Shown piece after piece: positions 10,569 to 25,730 of a stretch of 64,000 nt of DNA; the stretch's first letter is position 1, and each line of letters starts with the position of its first letter. The translations under genes were made by a program, and so were the position numbers. Origin of the DNA: Blasia pusilla (taxonomy: Eukaryota); assembly GCA_050084515.1 (NCBI GenBank), contig CM114271.1:37386001-37450000 (forward strand), in the 5' to 3' direction. The notes under the pieces were generated by a model that was not told the DNA's origin, made no database searches, and saw only the letters and a list, made by a program, of their open reading frames with translations.

Positions 10569-13500
10569 CTAGGACGGAGGAGATGGGCACTTCTTCACAG
10601 CTTTCTCATACCAAAGCACTGAAGTATTGAGTACATGTTTCATGTGTATCTGTGGAGGATCATCTTGCATGTTTGGAAATGGTAGCGAGGCTCCTTGATC
10701 ATTCACAATGATAACATCCACCTTCACACATCCAAGAGGAATTTCCTTTCCATGGAAGAAGTCCCTACCCACTATCCCAAATATTCTTCCTAATCCCACA
10801 TGTAACCAACATTTTCGCCCCATTGCTAAGAATACCTCATCTCCCACTGCCAACTGCACAAAGAACACATATTTACTATCAAAATCACATAATTAATTTC
10901 TTTATCATTCACTTTCAAATAAATTTCAATGATTTTATTCTGTACCTTCATTATACTCCAACCATTTTGCGGAATGTTTGAAGAAACTGTAAGTACCGAC
11001 TTATTATCCATGTATTTCTACAATGAATAGAGATTAAAAAAATCAATCTTTTGATATCATTCTATAGTAGCTACGTATTGTCCCAATGTCCAAACTCAAA
11101 CAAAAAATCAACAAGGAAATATCAAAATACTCACAACATTTTTCTCTTTGCTCTTGAATCGTTGCGATCAATTTCTTCTTTGTCTTGCTTCCTCTTTGTA
11201 GGATCTTCAACATGCTCTCCAACTTTAGGAACTAGAATACTAGGTGGATGAATGTGGGTGCTTTCCATAGGATCAGAAAGCTCCTCTACAACGTCATCAA
11301 GGATTTTTACAAATACCTGTTTTGATGCGCCTACATCAGAAAGGATCTTGGTCTTCTCAACGTCTTCTATTATTTCTGGTAGAGCTTCTTGAGCTTGGCT
11401 AGAAGTGGGGAGAGGACTCACAAAAGTAGGCTTAATCTTTTGCCCTATTATACCAGCTGAGGAAGAGTCTACACATAAAGGTACCAAAGGGGGTTCAAAG
11501 ATAGGGTGCAAGGATGAGGTGGTTTTACTTGGATTAGTAGGTGGGGCACAAGAAGCTCCAACTTTGGTTAAGTGGATCAGCATGGCGATCATTTTCTCTA
11601 TGTAAGACTTGATCGCCATTAATTATATCTTTGTTGACTCACTTGCTTTATCAACAAGATCTAGTGTAGTGGTCAAGGTGGAGACCCCACTCAACAAGAT
11701 TAAAGAATTAAATTAGATCTCTGATTTCAGTAGGAACTATAATACTACAATAAATGAAATAGCTGAAATAAAAATAATTTAGAAAATAAACACTCTTCCA
11801 CATAGTTAAGTGATTTACCTTTGTTCTCATAGTTTGGAAGCTTGGATTAGGTTTTATTGTTCCCAAAGAGCCTTCAATGTCTTGCAATGAAGGACTCGGC
11901 CCCTGCTCTTTCTTCTACAAGATAGAGGAAAACCAAACTATCATAGAATGCAAGCAGAAAAACATGAAATAACAAAAAAAAGGACTTTACAACAATATTT
12001 TTAAGAGAAAAAGGCAATGAATGTAAAATATGGTTGTAAAAAATGTTTTATTTTACTTAACTAAACTCATCAAAACATTGTTGGCACCTACATGTTCATG
12101 CCTACCAAGAGGATTTGGGTTTTCCGCCTTGGATCTATTCACCTTAATGCGTACTGATCTTCCTTGTCTCATTGGAGATAACCAATACGCTTTTAAAGTC
12201 TCCCACAAACATGAGCTCACATATGGAGGAATGGGACAATGAGCCTCACCTCCTAGCTCCATCCATAGCCTCTTTAGGCGTACCCTCTCTCTTTTCATTA
12301 TCTCTTGCAATGAAAAGAGCCAAAAATTCTTAGAAAGTGCATTCCCCACATACTCATATCGGGAGTCAATCTCCCTACGAATAGTCTTCACGTCATGCTC
12401 TTGTTTCTTACTTACATCCAGTACACTAAGGTCAAGGTGGCATTGAACCAAGACCTTCACATCATCATGCCACGACGCCTTTCCTTCACAACCGTAAACA
12501 ATCTCACCATCTACCGTGACCTCAACAGTTAGCTTCAACCCTGCATGCTCTTGGACCTTGCTTGCTGCTTTCCAAATATAATACTCTTCCTTCCTTCGCA
12601 TTTGCTTGATAGATCAGGCTGCAAACAAATGTGTCACAGAGATTGAAAATTAGTCTAGAATGTCTTGCATATGTAAGATAGCTTCTAGTACACTCATCCA
12701 TATGGGAGCACTACTCAGTAAAAAAATTAGAATAATGAAGAAGATTTGGCACCTAACTCATGATCACTTACCAATAGGAGGTTGAGGGGTTGTCCACTCT
12801 TGTGCTTGTCGTATGGATTAGACATAGAACTTAGAGTTGGAGGGGGTGGGGGTGGGGGTGGGTAAAAGTTTGCTTGTGGGGGTGGCCCTCATGGGCTTGG
12901 AATTGATCCCATGGTTCCTATAGACTCCAAATTTTAGATTTCATAAGTATATTGATCATACTTAGAAGAATAGAAGCAATCCATAACTTTGTGCTCCAAT
13001 CTCCTTACTCAAAAAAAAGGTTGCGCACAATGAAAATACAACATTTAACGGAATATGAAAGGAAGTAGAGTCTAAGAAATACAGAGCATGGACAATCAGA
13101 TAATTAGAGTACTTCCTTTTTCTCACTTCTCACCGTTCATAGGAGGGTCCCATTGGGATTGCATTGGGTATTCATGGGGATACCCAAGCAGTGGCCACGG
13201 ATAAGCCCCCATAGGAGGAAGAACATAAGGGTTTTGAGACTCCTTTTTCTTTTCAATTGGACTCAAGTCTTATAAAATAAGAATATATATGTGACATAAA
13301 AGATTATTAGAAAGCATCCTTACATTTCAATAGTGGTCATTATAGATTGGAAATTAAAAGGGCATAATCATGGCACCCATATTGGAAAGATAAGGTTAAG
13401 ACTTACATATTGAAGTCCTTTCTTGCCACACTTTTTCAGTTTGAAGGGAGATTGCATTGGTGCTGTCAGGATTGGCATTGAGTCCTCTAGACTAGACTAC

Positions 13501-13670
13501 TCAAGGGTCACATCAAAGTCTGGATCTAACTCCAAGTCATCCCTCTCCATTTTGTCTCCAATATCATCATCGGAAAAAATCTCCATGTATTTTTTGGTTC
13601 GTTGCTCAAAGGTCAATCAAACCTCCGACGCTGATGATCCCACTCCCTCACTAGCATAACAGTTTGAGGC
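10569..13670 (-). pseudogene. CACTA accessory TnpA/Ptta-like multi-exon gene
   Basis: Spliced fragments on the minus strand. 12053-12601 (WHDDVKVLVQCHLDLS...MKRERVRLKRLW...CPIPPYVSSCLWETLKAYW) resembles plant Ptta/En/Spm transposase. The last exon 10569-10860 (FHGKEIPLGCVKVDVIIVNDQGASLPFP...VLW) resembles the TNP1/DUF8039-type C-terminal domain. The 5' limit is approximate. Confidence 0.65.
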
Positions 13671-14595
13671 ACTACGAGATATTAAAACAACAAGGCTATA
13701 AATACTCCTCAATGCCAACTCTAGTATCAACATTCCTAATACATAGTGAAATGACACACACATACAAAGGCACAACCTATCCCTATTACAACAACTACTA
13801 ACTCAAGTTTATATCAACTTCAAATCTCATATTAAGTTTAGAATAATCAATGGCTATCGAAGTATATTTTTCACTTTATGCAAGTAGAGGGAAAGATTTA
13901 GATAAGGAGAGGTTTAGGGTAGCAATACCATCGATTTGTGCCAAATCTATAGAACGCTTCCCTTACAAATGCATATCTCTCTTTATCTACTTATGATTAA
14001 TCGAGCAATACAACTTGAACTTTGAGCCCTTACGCATACACAATCATTCTCTGGAATTTAATTTGTGAGTAAGAATGCACGTCCCTTCCCCCCTCCCCCT
14101 CCCACCAACAATTATTGATCTCCACTTTGCTAATGTTGTCGGCCACTTGGCTAGTGGCTCACTTGAGATACAATGAGAGCACAAAATTGTATATAAGATT
14201 ACTTTTAAAAGAAAATCTATTTGACCAATCTCCTCAACCAACAAAAAGAGTTACCCTTTTCTTAGCAATAAGGAAAAATGTTTCATAATAGATCAAAGTT
14301 CAAATCATAAACAAATGAAACAAGAGCTTATAATCAAATATGAGAAAATCTAACACAACATGATCAAAATTCACAAAAGAAAGAAATTAAATGGGAGCTC
14401 AAAATCACAACCGAGGAAATGGTGAAAATTTTGAGTCAAGCTCTAATAGGGTTACCAACCAGCACTTCACATAGTTCTGAATGTGAATATAAAAAAAGTT
14501 TGATCGCATTATTGGCACATATTCTCGTGAAATAAAATATTCACAAGATTATAATGAAAATCATGACTCGGATTGGTAGAGAAATCTGGTCTCAC

Positions 14596-17460
14596 TCAAG
14601 AAGATGAATAAGTATCTGAGCCACTACTTTCTACCATCTCTTCTTCAAAGTATAAACTTGTGTCATTCCAAGGTACTTCTAAGTCTTTTACATGGGTACC
14701 ATTGTTGGTTACGTCAACAAATGTCATTAAGGCTTCTTCTCTAGATACAATACTTGCCCCAACTAATGACACTTTTGGCACTTGCAAGCTAGCTCGACTT
14801 GGCCCAAAAACCCTGAAAGATGGATCTTATCATTCGCTGAAAAATCAAAGCCTCCTCCTACCCTTCTAGATCTAGTTGGTTTCTGCATTACTACTTTCCA
14901 ACCTAGCTTTACTTCAACATATGCATAGAAAACCTACTCTATTTGACTTGGAAAGACAAGTGGCTTGTGATTTATTTGTACACATTTTGCGAAGTTGGCC
15001 AACTATAAACTATTATTATCAAAGATCATACTTGCATCTTGAGTACCCCAATTTGAGGAAACCCATTTTCCTCTCATGAGCACTACTGGATCCTCTAACA
15101 TCCCATAATCCAATACTAGGATATCTGTCAAATTTCCCACATAAGGATACTAAATTGATTGGTCAAAACCATTTGCATTTGGAGCCAAGAATACAGAGGC
15201 AATACCTGAATCATACGTTCTATAAGCACTACCCTCATCAACCCTGTAGTGATTTTCATATGCCCTCATCTTCTTATATGAAATATATGTACGAGAGGGA
15301 GGCACACTCAATTGTCATGATAAATCATCTACTTCCTTACCATCACGAATCCATTCCCTTATCTTACAACGTATTCATTCAGGAAATGGGACGTCACACG
15401 TAATCTCATCTCTATAGATTCTGCAGAAAAAAAAACCCGAGGCGTGTTATGAGGTGTTCACTTTCAAGGTAGAATCCTCACTTGGATTAAAACTTTCAAT
15501 AACTAGTTATAATATTAGAAAAATAGAAGATAAATACTATCAAAGAAAAACTTACTTAATCCAAGGTGTAAAAAATTTGGTATTCTGCAACACATAATGA
15601 TTTGGTATAGCAATAAGCTCAGCACTCAATTGATATTTAGAGCCAACACCCTCCAAGATCTCACCAATTACGCCTTCCTCCTCGGACGCATCCCATACTC
15701 TTGTGCTTGTGACTGAGCAATCATGCATATATTGTGTTATAAATCCAAGTGCCTCATCCATAATATATCTTTCGGCCATGCACCCTTCAGTTTGAGCGCG
15801 AGATCGCACATATCCTTTCAACACTCCCAAATATCTCTTGATAAGGTACATCCATCGACATGAAACATGACCACATATGCTGAGTTCCTCCACTAAATGG
15901 ACCATAAGATGAGTCATAATATCAAAAAATGATGGTAGAAAGTGGATCTCCACAAGGCATAAGGTTTGTGCCACGTCTTCTCTCAAGGAATTCAGACCAC
16001 TAGGATCCCAATTTTTAACGCAGAGACGTCAAAATATTTGTGACATGCGCATGATGGTCATACGAATTGGAACACTCATGAGATTCTGCAAACAATATGG
16101 GAGTAGTTGTTGCATGAAAATATAAAGATCGTGGGACTTCAAACATCCTAAATTTTTCCTTAACTTATGTTTTTGTAAGGCACTTGCATATTCGCTAGGG
16201 GCTTTTAAGGCTTGAACTCTTGCCATGAAGATTCTAGCCTCCTCTGGTGTCAACACATAATTTGCCTTGGGTTTCAACTTCACTCCTGCTCTATTGGGTT
16301 GAGATTGGAGCCACAAGTGTGGCATGATCCCTCTTACTTCCATGTCAACCCTCACCTTGGCTGAATCCTTTTTCTGAAGCACAAAGCTGGTTTTCAAGGT
16401 ATTGTCGGCCACGTTTTTCTCGCAATGCATCACATCTAGTGTGTGTCTGATCGACAAATCCTGAAAATGAACAATGTATTTTTAAGGTTGGTGTAACCAT
16501 ATGGAAAACAAAAACAGGAGAATGTAAATAGGCTCAAAGTTGTGAGGCCTGCCCCATAGTAGCTCACCTTCCAATAAGGTAGGTCAAATAGTACGCTCCT
16601 TTGTGCCACTCTATATACTTTGAATGGATCTAGGAGGGGTTGGTCACCCCTCCTTTTCCTGGTCATGGGACCCTCATCAATAGACCCGCAGCTGATGCTA
16701 AAACATCAGAGCTTGATACCCAACTTGGTGCCCCACGACATTTAGTCCTCAAGCTGAAATGACATGCCATTCGACTCCTATATGGGTGGTTCCTTTCCAC
16801 ATAGCGCCGATGACCTTGAAATATGGGCTTATGTAAGGGTTTAGAGTAATCTAAGTCCACATGTGGTCCACATATTGAACAAGCAAGCTTTCCTTTCGTG
16901 GCTTCACCAGAAACTACACCCAATCCTAGATAATCATTAATAGTCAAGATGACCATGGCTCTGAGAATGAAATGTTTATTAGGAAGTTGACTACTACTAT
17001 CATGAGCCAAAACACCGTTCCACAACATTCCTAACTCTTCCATGAGGGGAGCTAGATAGACATCTAATATGTAATTGACTCCTTGCCCAGAATTGTGAGG
17101 GCTAGCTGGAGGAAAAAATTCTTGGTACATAGCCAAGTCGGGAGATTATAATCGATCAAAACCACCGGCCTAGTTGACCAAACACTATTTTTATCACTAA
17201 ATGGATTCACCCCATCTAATGCTAATCCAAGCCGACAATTACGAGGCTCATGACAAAAATATGGCCACAACTCATCTATTTTCCTCCATTGTTTTGAATC
17301 CCTTGTATGCCTCACTTGTCCATTGCACTCTTATTACTGGTTGTCCAAGTCATTAACCCAACAATAGTCTTGCATCTATATATCCTCTTTAGCCTTGGAA
17401 TGATTGGAAAGTGTCTAAGAACTTTTTATGTTTGTCATTATTGTGTGACCATAGAACCTA
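14596..17460 (-). pseudogene. tnpD: CACTA TnpD/Tnp2 transposase (Transposase_21, DUF4218, DUF4216), frameshifted
   Basis: Hallmark peptides RHFPIIPRL, EPRNCRLGLALDGVNPF, DVYLAPLMEELGMLW, RHTLDVMHCEKNV, LKSHD and FLPSFFDIMTHLMVHLVEELSICGHVSCRWMY. GT-AG introns at 16461-16567 and 15421-15555. Confidence 0.95.
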
Positions 17461-18976
17461 TCTGCTGAAAAATACCACAACTAGATAGACACCCCATAAA
17501 CTATCGCGATTTGCTAACGGATAGTGCCTTGATAGTCACTTCGAACATGCATGGCTCATTCCTTTCTACAAGTACTATCTACACAAAGAACCAACTTAGT
17601 TTTCATATTTGGAAAACCAAAAGAAGAGAGGTTATATGAATGAAAGGATTGTTCTTATTGTCCAAGAAGACCCACTGGTGATATGGGACTTTGATTTGGA
17701 AAGTTTGCAATATTTGATTTGTACAAAACTGTAGCCAAAGTTTGCAATATCTGATCTGTTCATAACCGTAGCCAAAGTAAAGGTCATGTAAAGTGCACTG
17801 TCCCAAGCAGTGGTCCTTAGCCATTACATAGATGTAAGTATTTAGCAATTAGAAGTAGTTTGAGTAGCTATGAATATCAGTCATTCTACGGATAGCTTCC
17901 TCGAAGTGAAGGAATGCGAGTATAATAATGTCACGATGAATGCAAATGAAAAGATAATGCTTTCCATCACCACGCATTTTGGAACTACAATGTCTATGTA
18001 GAGGGATGTTTAATGATACCTCTTGATGGAATAAATGAACGAATAAATATTTTCTTATCCATGGGTGACTCACGTAGTCACAAGTACTCATTAAGTATCG
18101 TCTGTCAAAGCCTTGCGACCATAGATCATTCTGCCATTCCCACAAGCACAACTGATAAGCCATTTGAAAAAATCTAGTGGAGATGGTAGAAGGTTTCCAT
18201 AATCAGGCGAACCCATCCAAATCTTCAAGGCCATGGAATTCTGAAGCAAAAAGATCTGTGAGGGCAGATCCACACCCAAAAATATGTGTGCGAGCCAAGA
18301 TCAATCCCATATGCACATCTTTAGCGATCCGTGTCCAAATAAGTGGAATGACCCACTCAAACTCTCACACCTGAAAGCTTCAATAGCCTCCATTGAAATC
18401 AAGAATTTGTTCAATTACATTGAAATTCCACTCAGGAAATCACCGAATTCCATAACAGCAAAGACCAACAAACAAATAGACATTTTTGAATCATCATCAC
18501 TACCACAACCGCGATAGAGATATTCGTAGGGAGGCCACCTTGTATCAAACTAACAACAAAGTCCAAGTCTAAAAAATAGGGAGTGGTGTGAAAGAAAAGA
18601 GAGATTTTTGAAATCACACCGGTGGAACTTCAGTAAGGAAATGGGCAGACCATTCATGCACTGATGGATGCGGAGCCAAAGAGTGGTAGGTTTTCACTCT
18701 AATAGCAAAGGGAGTCCAACATCCATGAATTTTTCTAGCTCCGGAAGTAGGAGCCAATCATGGACAGTGTTTTGGCAATCTGAAAAGAAGGAAGTGGTAG
18801 AAGTTTGGCATGGGAGATCAAGCAGAGACATGAAGCCAAGAGATGTCAGAGACATGAAGCTGAGAGATGTACAAAATCATTCGAAGCCGTGCTCGCCTTG
18901 AGCTTTCAATGTAATTGATGCAGATTATCGGAATGCCCGACCATTCTCCCAATCGAGCTTCAAGGACAAGCAAGTA

Positions 18977-18978
<2 letters not shown>

Positions 18979-19055
<77 letters not shown>
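18979..19055. repeat. (GA)n microsatellite
   Basis: Perfect AG run. Confidence 0.98.
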
Positions 19056-19060
<5 letters not shown>

Positions 19061-21820
19061 AAAGGAAAAGACAGAGCAGAGGGGTAGAGGGACAATACAA
19101 CGATGGTCTTGGCCACGTCCATGGGAAACTTTGATGTGCAAGGAAAACCCAAGAAACGCTCTCACCGGAAAGGTATGTGGATGGTGGAGGAGCTTTGGAT
19201 GATGCAAGCATTTTGCCGCAAAGTTTTCAAGCAACAAGCAAAGGGAGGGATCAAGGAGAAGCACAAATCTGTTCAAAAAAGGTGGAGATGGATAGAGGAC
19301 CAATGTTAGAAGCAAAGAGTGAAAAAGGAGTGTTTCTCAATGCCAGCTTCTCTTCCATACCATGCAAGACCCTCTCGAGAACTTCATTTTCCTCGGCCAT
19401 TGAATTAGAAGAAGATAGCTACTGCAACAACGAAACATGGAAGATGTTTGAATGGATTGGAAGAGTAAGCCAAAGTTTTCGCTCAAGAGACCTGAAAGCT
19501 ACAACAGGGAAATTGAACACCCTCTCTCTCGTAGATCTCACGCTATTTGCTCCAAACTACTCAGACTCCCGAAATGAATATAAAGAACATATACAACGGG
19601 TAATACAAGTACAATGCAAGGAGCCCTGCCGTCTCTATGAAAGTAGCTCTAAAGCTCCGGTTGGAAGATGTGCTCTCGCGAATGAGTGATTCGATTGAAA
19701 GGTTTCTAGATGTTGAGGTCTCTACTTGAACATAAGACTTTCAACAGGGAAGCAAAAGTCATAGGAGTCATCCATCAAGGATTTATTTCCGATACGCTTG
19801 GCTTGAAACCACCGTGCCTCAAGTTGTTTCACCGTACTACAATGGAACAACGTCATATAATAATACATGTGGACTGTCAAAATTTAGTGAGATGCTGGTG
19901 GGTCACTATGGGATGTGCAAAAATGGGCAAAACAAAGTTTCAGGTTAACCGAGCCCCATGGTCAATTCTACAATTGTAAAACTGTTCCACTCACGAAGCG
20001 CTAAAGGGGAGTTGGGGACGGATCGACGAGTTCTAGAAATTGAGCTACATGAGGGTGAGGCTTACCTATCTTTCATATCGATGAAGCTCTCGATAAATTA
20101 AGAGAGTTTTGAATCGCCAAAACGAGGCTTTCTTTCCACAAAAATCACAACATTTAGGGAAAGATACTTAGTTTCACAATTAACTTTTCATCTTTAGGTT
20201 TTTCTTAACAATAAGATTGATGTTTACTGTCTCCCTCTAGGTCATCTCTTGATCACGTTTGATGGTTCCTCTCAAAGTAATACTAATTTAAAAGTGATAT
20301 GTGGCTGCTAATGATACTTCAGTCATTGGAATCTCCCAGGAATCCATCTAGACCCACCTCGGAAAAATCAACGAGGGAGAGCTAGCTCTTATTGCAGTAA
20401 TGAGGAAATTACAAAACAAACCATAGGATTTTTAAGCTTAATCAGATGGGTGACTGAGTAATTCTCAACACAGGGACATGAGTACATAGAAAAATAAACA
20501 AAGGGGACCGACATCCACATCCACATGCTTCACCTTCACCCAAATCATTTTCAAATTGATACATGCAATTGAAGCTTCCCAAACCGATCGGCGCAGGTGT
20601 TTTGTTGGCCAAAACATGCTTTGCCATAAAGCAATGAATCCGATTCACACGTGGGGATCTCGTCCAATAAGAGTCGACGCAGATAGCAGTGTGCACATAG
20701 ACACTCAATATACCAAGGAAGTTACGTAGCTTCATCTTTTCTTCAACCAAGAACATCTCGACATCGATTCAAAAGGTAACGATTATGAGAAGTCAATTCC
20801 ACCCAATTAGCCATCGTACGGGCAAGTGGGATCTGACAGCAAGAAGAAATATAAACTACCCCCTAATTTTCACGAAGACTAGTTTCTTTCTCTGCGAGAC
20901 TCCTATGGAAAGAAAAATTTACGCTCAATCAAATCTGGCACTATCCTATTCGATACGCCTGCACTCTTGAGAGGAGGTGGAATTGGCGAGTTACTTCATT
21001 GTCTATTGTGCGGAGCAAAAATACTAGCGGGAATGGAGAGGGCGGAGATGAAGAAGTTAAGGGAACGAGCTAGGAGTTATAAGTATCTCAATGATGAAAA
21101 TGACTATGTTGTGTAAGTAGTCAGTCCCGTGACTAAGAGATCGAACAGGAAACGTCGCCGATTAGACTCTTGGAAGGTGTGCGATTAGGCAAGCAGCAAT
21201 ACGATTGGTTCTTCAAGCTGGAGCTAGAGATTAGGGAGTGACTTAATTGAGTTGAAATGATATGAATCGACACTAAGGATGCAATTTGCATGACGTATAT
21301 TTCTTGATAAATCAATCCGTAGTCACTCACATGAAGTTAGGTTAGGTTCGACTTTAAGAGATGTTGCTGCATTAAGAGAAAGCATCTCTTAATGCAAAAA
21401 TAACACACGTCGACGACGACAACGATGACTACACACAACTTAAGCTCAACGAACCCTAAATGCAAGAATCTCACTAGAGACACACTTACCCTTGGATGAT
21501 ATCGATACGAATCCTCACGATTTGCCTCAAGGGTGAACTTGGCATTGCATCCAATTCGTTGGCAATGCTAATTTTTGGAACCTTTGCACTCCGTCACAAA
21601 AATGACACTCCTCCAAGTCTACTACACATCCGAAGATTCTTGCCCTTTGCACGATGCATCAAAATGGAAACCGCATAGTTCGCCAACCTTCTCCGCATGT
21701 GACCTCTTAGGACTCTGCTCGATCTCTCTCCACTCTTATGCAAGCGGCAATTCTTGATTCTTGTACGACCTTCGCATGAGCCGGTCCCTCCTTGCCCTTC
21801 AAAATCCAGCTCTCGTAGAT

Positions 21821-21941
<121 letters not shown>

Positions 21942-23395
21942 GGCCATAGTTTCCTTCCTAACGTAGAGAGCTCAGTTGATCAAAACCTAATGCTCTTGCT
22001 AGATGGTGTCCTCAAGAAATTTATCAAGAAACCTCTGTTCAACCTAGAGTACGCGCTTACAGCGAGAAACAAGCTCCAAGAGTTTAAGAAAGTACCGAGA
22101 GGATTTGGAATGAGAGTTTCGAGAAAATGATGTGGCATAATTTTCCAACTTGGCAATAGTTTTAATATAGCAACTATACTTTTAACTACATCAAATTATT
22201 TCAAATACTACTAGTCGTAGTCTAGTTTTATTTTCAAATGGCATCTTGTGGATTAAATTTTAATTAAAATTGATTTACCATAAATACCACGTCTTAGTTA
22301 TTTTGCACTAATATAGTAATTTTTAATGACATGTCATTAGTTAATAATAATTACATTAATTTGTTTTATTAAAAAAAAATCGTGTCATACCCTCTAGTCA
22401 TTCTTAATAACTGACTAATACTAAATTATGCCACATATGACTACTTAGTTATATGTAGTGGTGTTTTAGTCTTATTGGACTCTAGTTATAAGTGGCTTAG
22501 TGCTAAAAACACCATATTCTTTCTAGAAGGTGACTGTGGTTGACGTGGGTAATGTGGTAAGAACATGGTTGAGGCCATCGCGCAAGGATAGAACCAGACG
22601 AGATGAGGCGTGTAGACCTACGTGGTTAGGAGCAGAGATGCAAAATTTGGGCTACCTTGTTGGCTTGTAGGAGAGATTGTCATGACTTGATTTTGGCAGA
22701 CATGCTAGGATTTGCGGCGAGGGTTGTGAGGGAGATATAGGCGCCGATGCTAACGGAAGGTTTGACGTGTTGTTCGAGGAGAGTGTCGAGCTACGGAGGT
22801 TGCCATATCACATGGAAGAGTGAGTGTTGACAATTCAGTAGGTTGGAGGGCTTGACCAAATTACCCATTTGAGTCCCTTTTCCCAAACTTATCTTGTGTG
22901 ATTGAGAGTGTTGGGTATCAGATAGTTGTTGGTGTTAGATGGGTGTAGCGATGGTGATGAGTGTAGACCCCTTTCATGTGAAGCATGTTGGTGGACATAC
23001 GGCGGTTGCCGAGTAGGGGTCGTGTGTATGACCCGAGAGAGTCAGTAGTTTAGGTGAGTTAGTTGGGAGGCTCATGGAAGCCCGAGTGTTGAGTGTGCGT
23101 GAGGCCAGGTGTGTCATCACGAGATTGGCATTAGCGCGTGTGAGGAGTATGGTAGACTCTTAGTGAGTTTGAGTGCTTGAGCACGTGAGACAAGGTTGTC
23201 ATCACGACGTTCTTCTAGGGTTCAAAAGAATGGGGTAGTACGAGCAGTGGTAGTGGAGTGACATGGAGTGGTGTAAGATATCGAGGGGTTTCGAATGAGG
23301 AACCACCCCCACTCCCATCAGTGGCTAGATCGTCATTACTAGACAGTGGGTCACGTGATAAGATCACAGACGGGGATGGTGATACGAGGAGAGAG

Positions 23396-25730
23396 ATGGA
23401 TCACATGGGCCACTGAAACATACGTCGTCTTTTGGGTGCGGTAGGCACCATAGATCTTGATGATTTTATCTAGGAGTTTGACACATGGTGCGACTTCTGG
23501 GAGATACAGACCCCTACGCGGTTCAACCGTTTTATGGCATGGAAGGGGTTGTTCTTGCACTTGGAGGGTCTGCGAATGGATGATTATATGGAGTTCCAAT
23601 CTCTATACTCTGTAGAGATAGATACCTTGAGGGTGTATTGGGCTCCAGGGTATGTGTCCACTAGTGGCCGCGAGGCGTATGGTGGGATAGTGAGAGCGGA
23701 GAGACCTTCACCATAAGCCCGGGGACTAGATGGAGAGGATGGCAGTGAGAGTGGTGAAGTGGCAGAGACCTCTCGTGGTAGAGGACCATCGAGTTCCAGT
23801 CCTACAATGGAGTTCTTCCGACAGTTGAAGAGGAGCTACTAAGGCGTGCGGACCGACAAGCTGAAGAGTCTACAGGATTTTCAACGGAGATCGGGTGAGA
23901 GTTTGAGGGAGACATTTACGCGCATGCGACACTTGATCATTACCACATATAGGGTTATTGAGGCACGATTAGTACAGTATTGGTACAGGGTGTTGGACGA
24001 GGAGCTATAGAGGAGAGTTTGGGATGCGATGTTGCTTCACACGGTGAAGCCCACATTGAAGGTGATCTTCCATTTTTCTGAGCGGATAGAGCTCAATATG
24101 AGTGAGGAGCACGTGGTGACCACGGGATTGGATGGGTTGACGAGTAGGAGTAGATCCACAGGTGTCCCAACATGCACCAATACCACAGAAGCGGGCCGAT
24201 GGGCCCAAAGAGCAAGGGGGTATCATGAGCCGATGAGGCAATCGCCCGTACCGATATATGTTTCCCAACAGGGACAAGGGTTGGCTTGTTGGATGTGTGG
24301 TGAATCACATAGGCAGAGGGACTGCCCACAACATGGGAGAGGGCCAAAGGCGCCTCCGATTGCTCAAAAGCCCCATCATAGTTGCAATGTGATGATTATC
24401 ATGGATATGGTCATACTAGAGATAGGTGTTTTGATCTTTGTCGAGAGGTACGTCCAAAGGGAGGCAGAGGACTTGGAGGCAAGAGAGTTGGTGGAGATCG
24501 AGTGGTGGATGATCGGGATGATAGAGTGCCATCAGCAGTCATAGGAGATGGAGGACGAGCACCCGATGTAGCGCTCCTTATGCGCATCGATCAATTAGAG
24601 CAGAGGATTGCTGCCATGATGATTATGCAGCTAAAGGAAGGCCAGGAGATGAGATTAGCTAGTGTGGTGCCAACCTCCACATCTTACCACAATGCTGGTG
24701 AGGATTCTGCGGGGATGGGATTTATGTGTAGTGTGGCTCAAGATGAGGCTGCTGTGGTAGGGACTCGGGATGTTGTGAGAGTAACCAAGCCATCGAGAGA
24801 TGGGGTTGAGATTGACCCACATGAGGGGACCAATGGACCGCATGCTAGGGTTTCTCAGTCGTTCATATTATCGGAGTTACTTCATGCATCGTCGATGGTG
24901 CCTCAACGACCTGTAGTGCCCACGGATGAGGCAAGTGCGTTGATGTCACAAGGAGTTGGAGAGACGACTCCTATGCCACCTCAGGTGTAGCCAGTGTTGA
25001 CCACGTTGTTGGATGTGGCCACTAGGATGAGTCAGACTCCGTTGTTTTCTGCCATGGAGTTGGCAACGTTAGGAGTTGGATCAGCGGAGGTGTTTTGATT
25101 GGCCGCCACGTTGTGTGAGCGTGGAGAGGTGATTTCCTCTCGTACAAAGGTAGTTCATGAGGTGGTACGGGGACTTGCCCTCAGAGCAGGTGCTCGGGAC
25201 GTCCCCCCACTCAGTCATGGCATGTTGCGGCGGCAAAGTTGGTAGATATGCCGGCTAGGCCAGCGATAAAGCGAGCCATGATCACACCCGGTGTGGTGTT
25301 GTTGGATAACCAAGAAGGAATGTTTCGCTTGGTTAGTCCCACAAGTACGATGTACCATCCGCATCGCGTCCTACTTGATTCGGGGGTGCAACCCTTGATG
25401 CTAGGGAAGGCAAAGTGTTTGGCGTTGGGATTATGGAAAGGCGACATCGAGCATTGTCCCTTTTAGATACAGACCTCTATGGGGGGTGTATCACCCACGT
25501 AGTACATGACTTGACAAGAGTTGGTGGGTAGATTCCAGCCAGAGCATGAGTCGGATAGTGCGATGGTGCACACTCGGGTGATTACGACATTGGCAAAGTT
25601 GTATGATGTGTTGGTAGGGAGTACGGTGTTGTATCCCCTTGGTTTTAGCTTGGATTTTTGGGAGGAGACAGTTTCTTATCAACCACCGTGGCGATCAAGT
25701 GATGGGCGGGTGAGCGATCTACCAGTGTAG
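23396..25730 (+). pseudogene. gag (two CCHC-type knuckles) plus aspartic protease, copy 1
   Basis: MAWKGLFLHLEG..MDDYMEF; KLKSLQDFQRRSGESLRE; CWMCGESHRQRDC; QCDDYHGYGHTRDRC; protease VLLDSGVQPLMLG (about 25368-25406) and YDVLVGS. Several stops and frameshifts. Confidence 0.9.

Noticed and set aside
22911-22925. tgggtatcaga as a Met-tRNA PBS
   Set aside because: It is imperfect, not adjacent to any repeat end or CA, and worse in copy 2 (tgggtatcggg).
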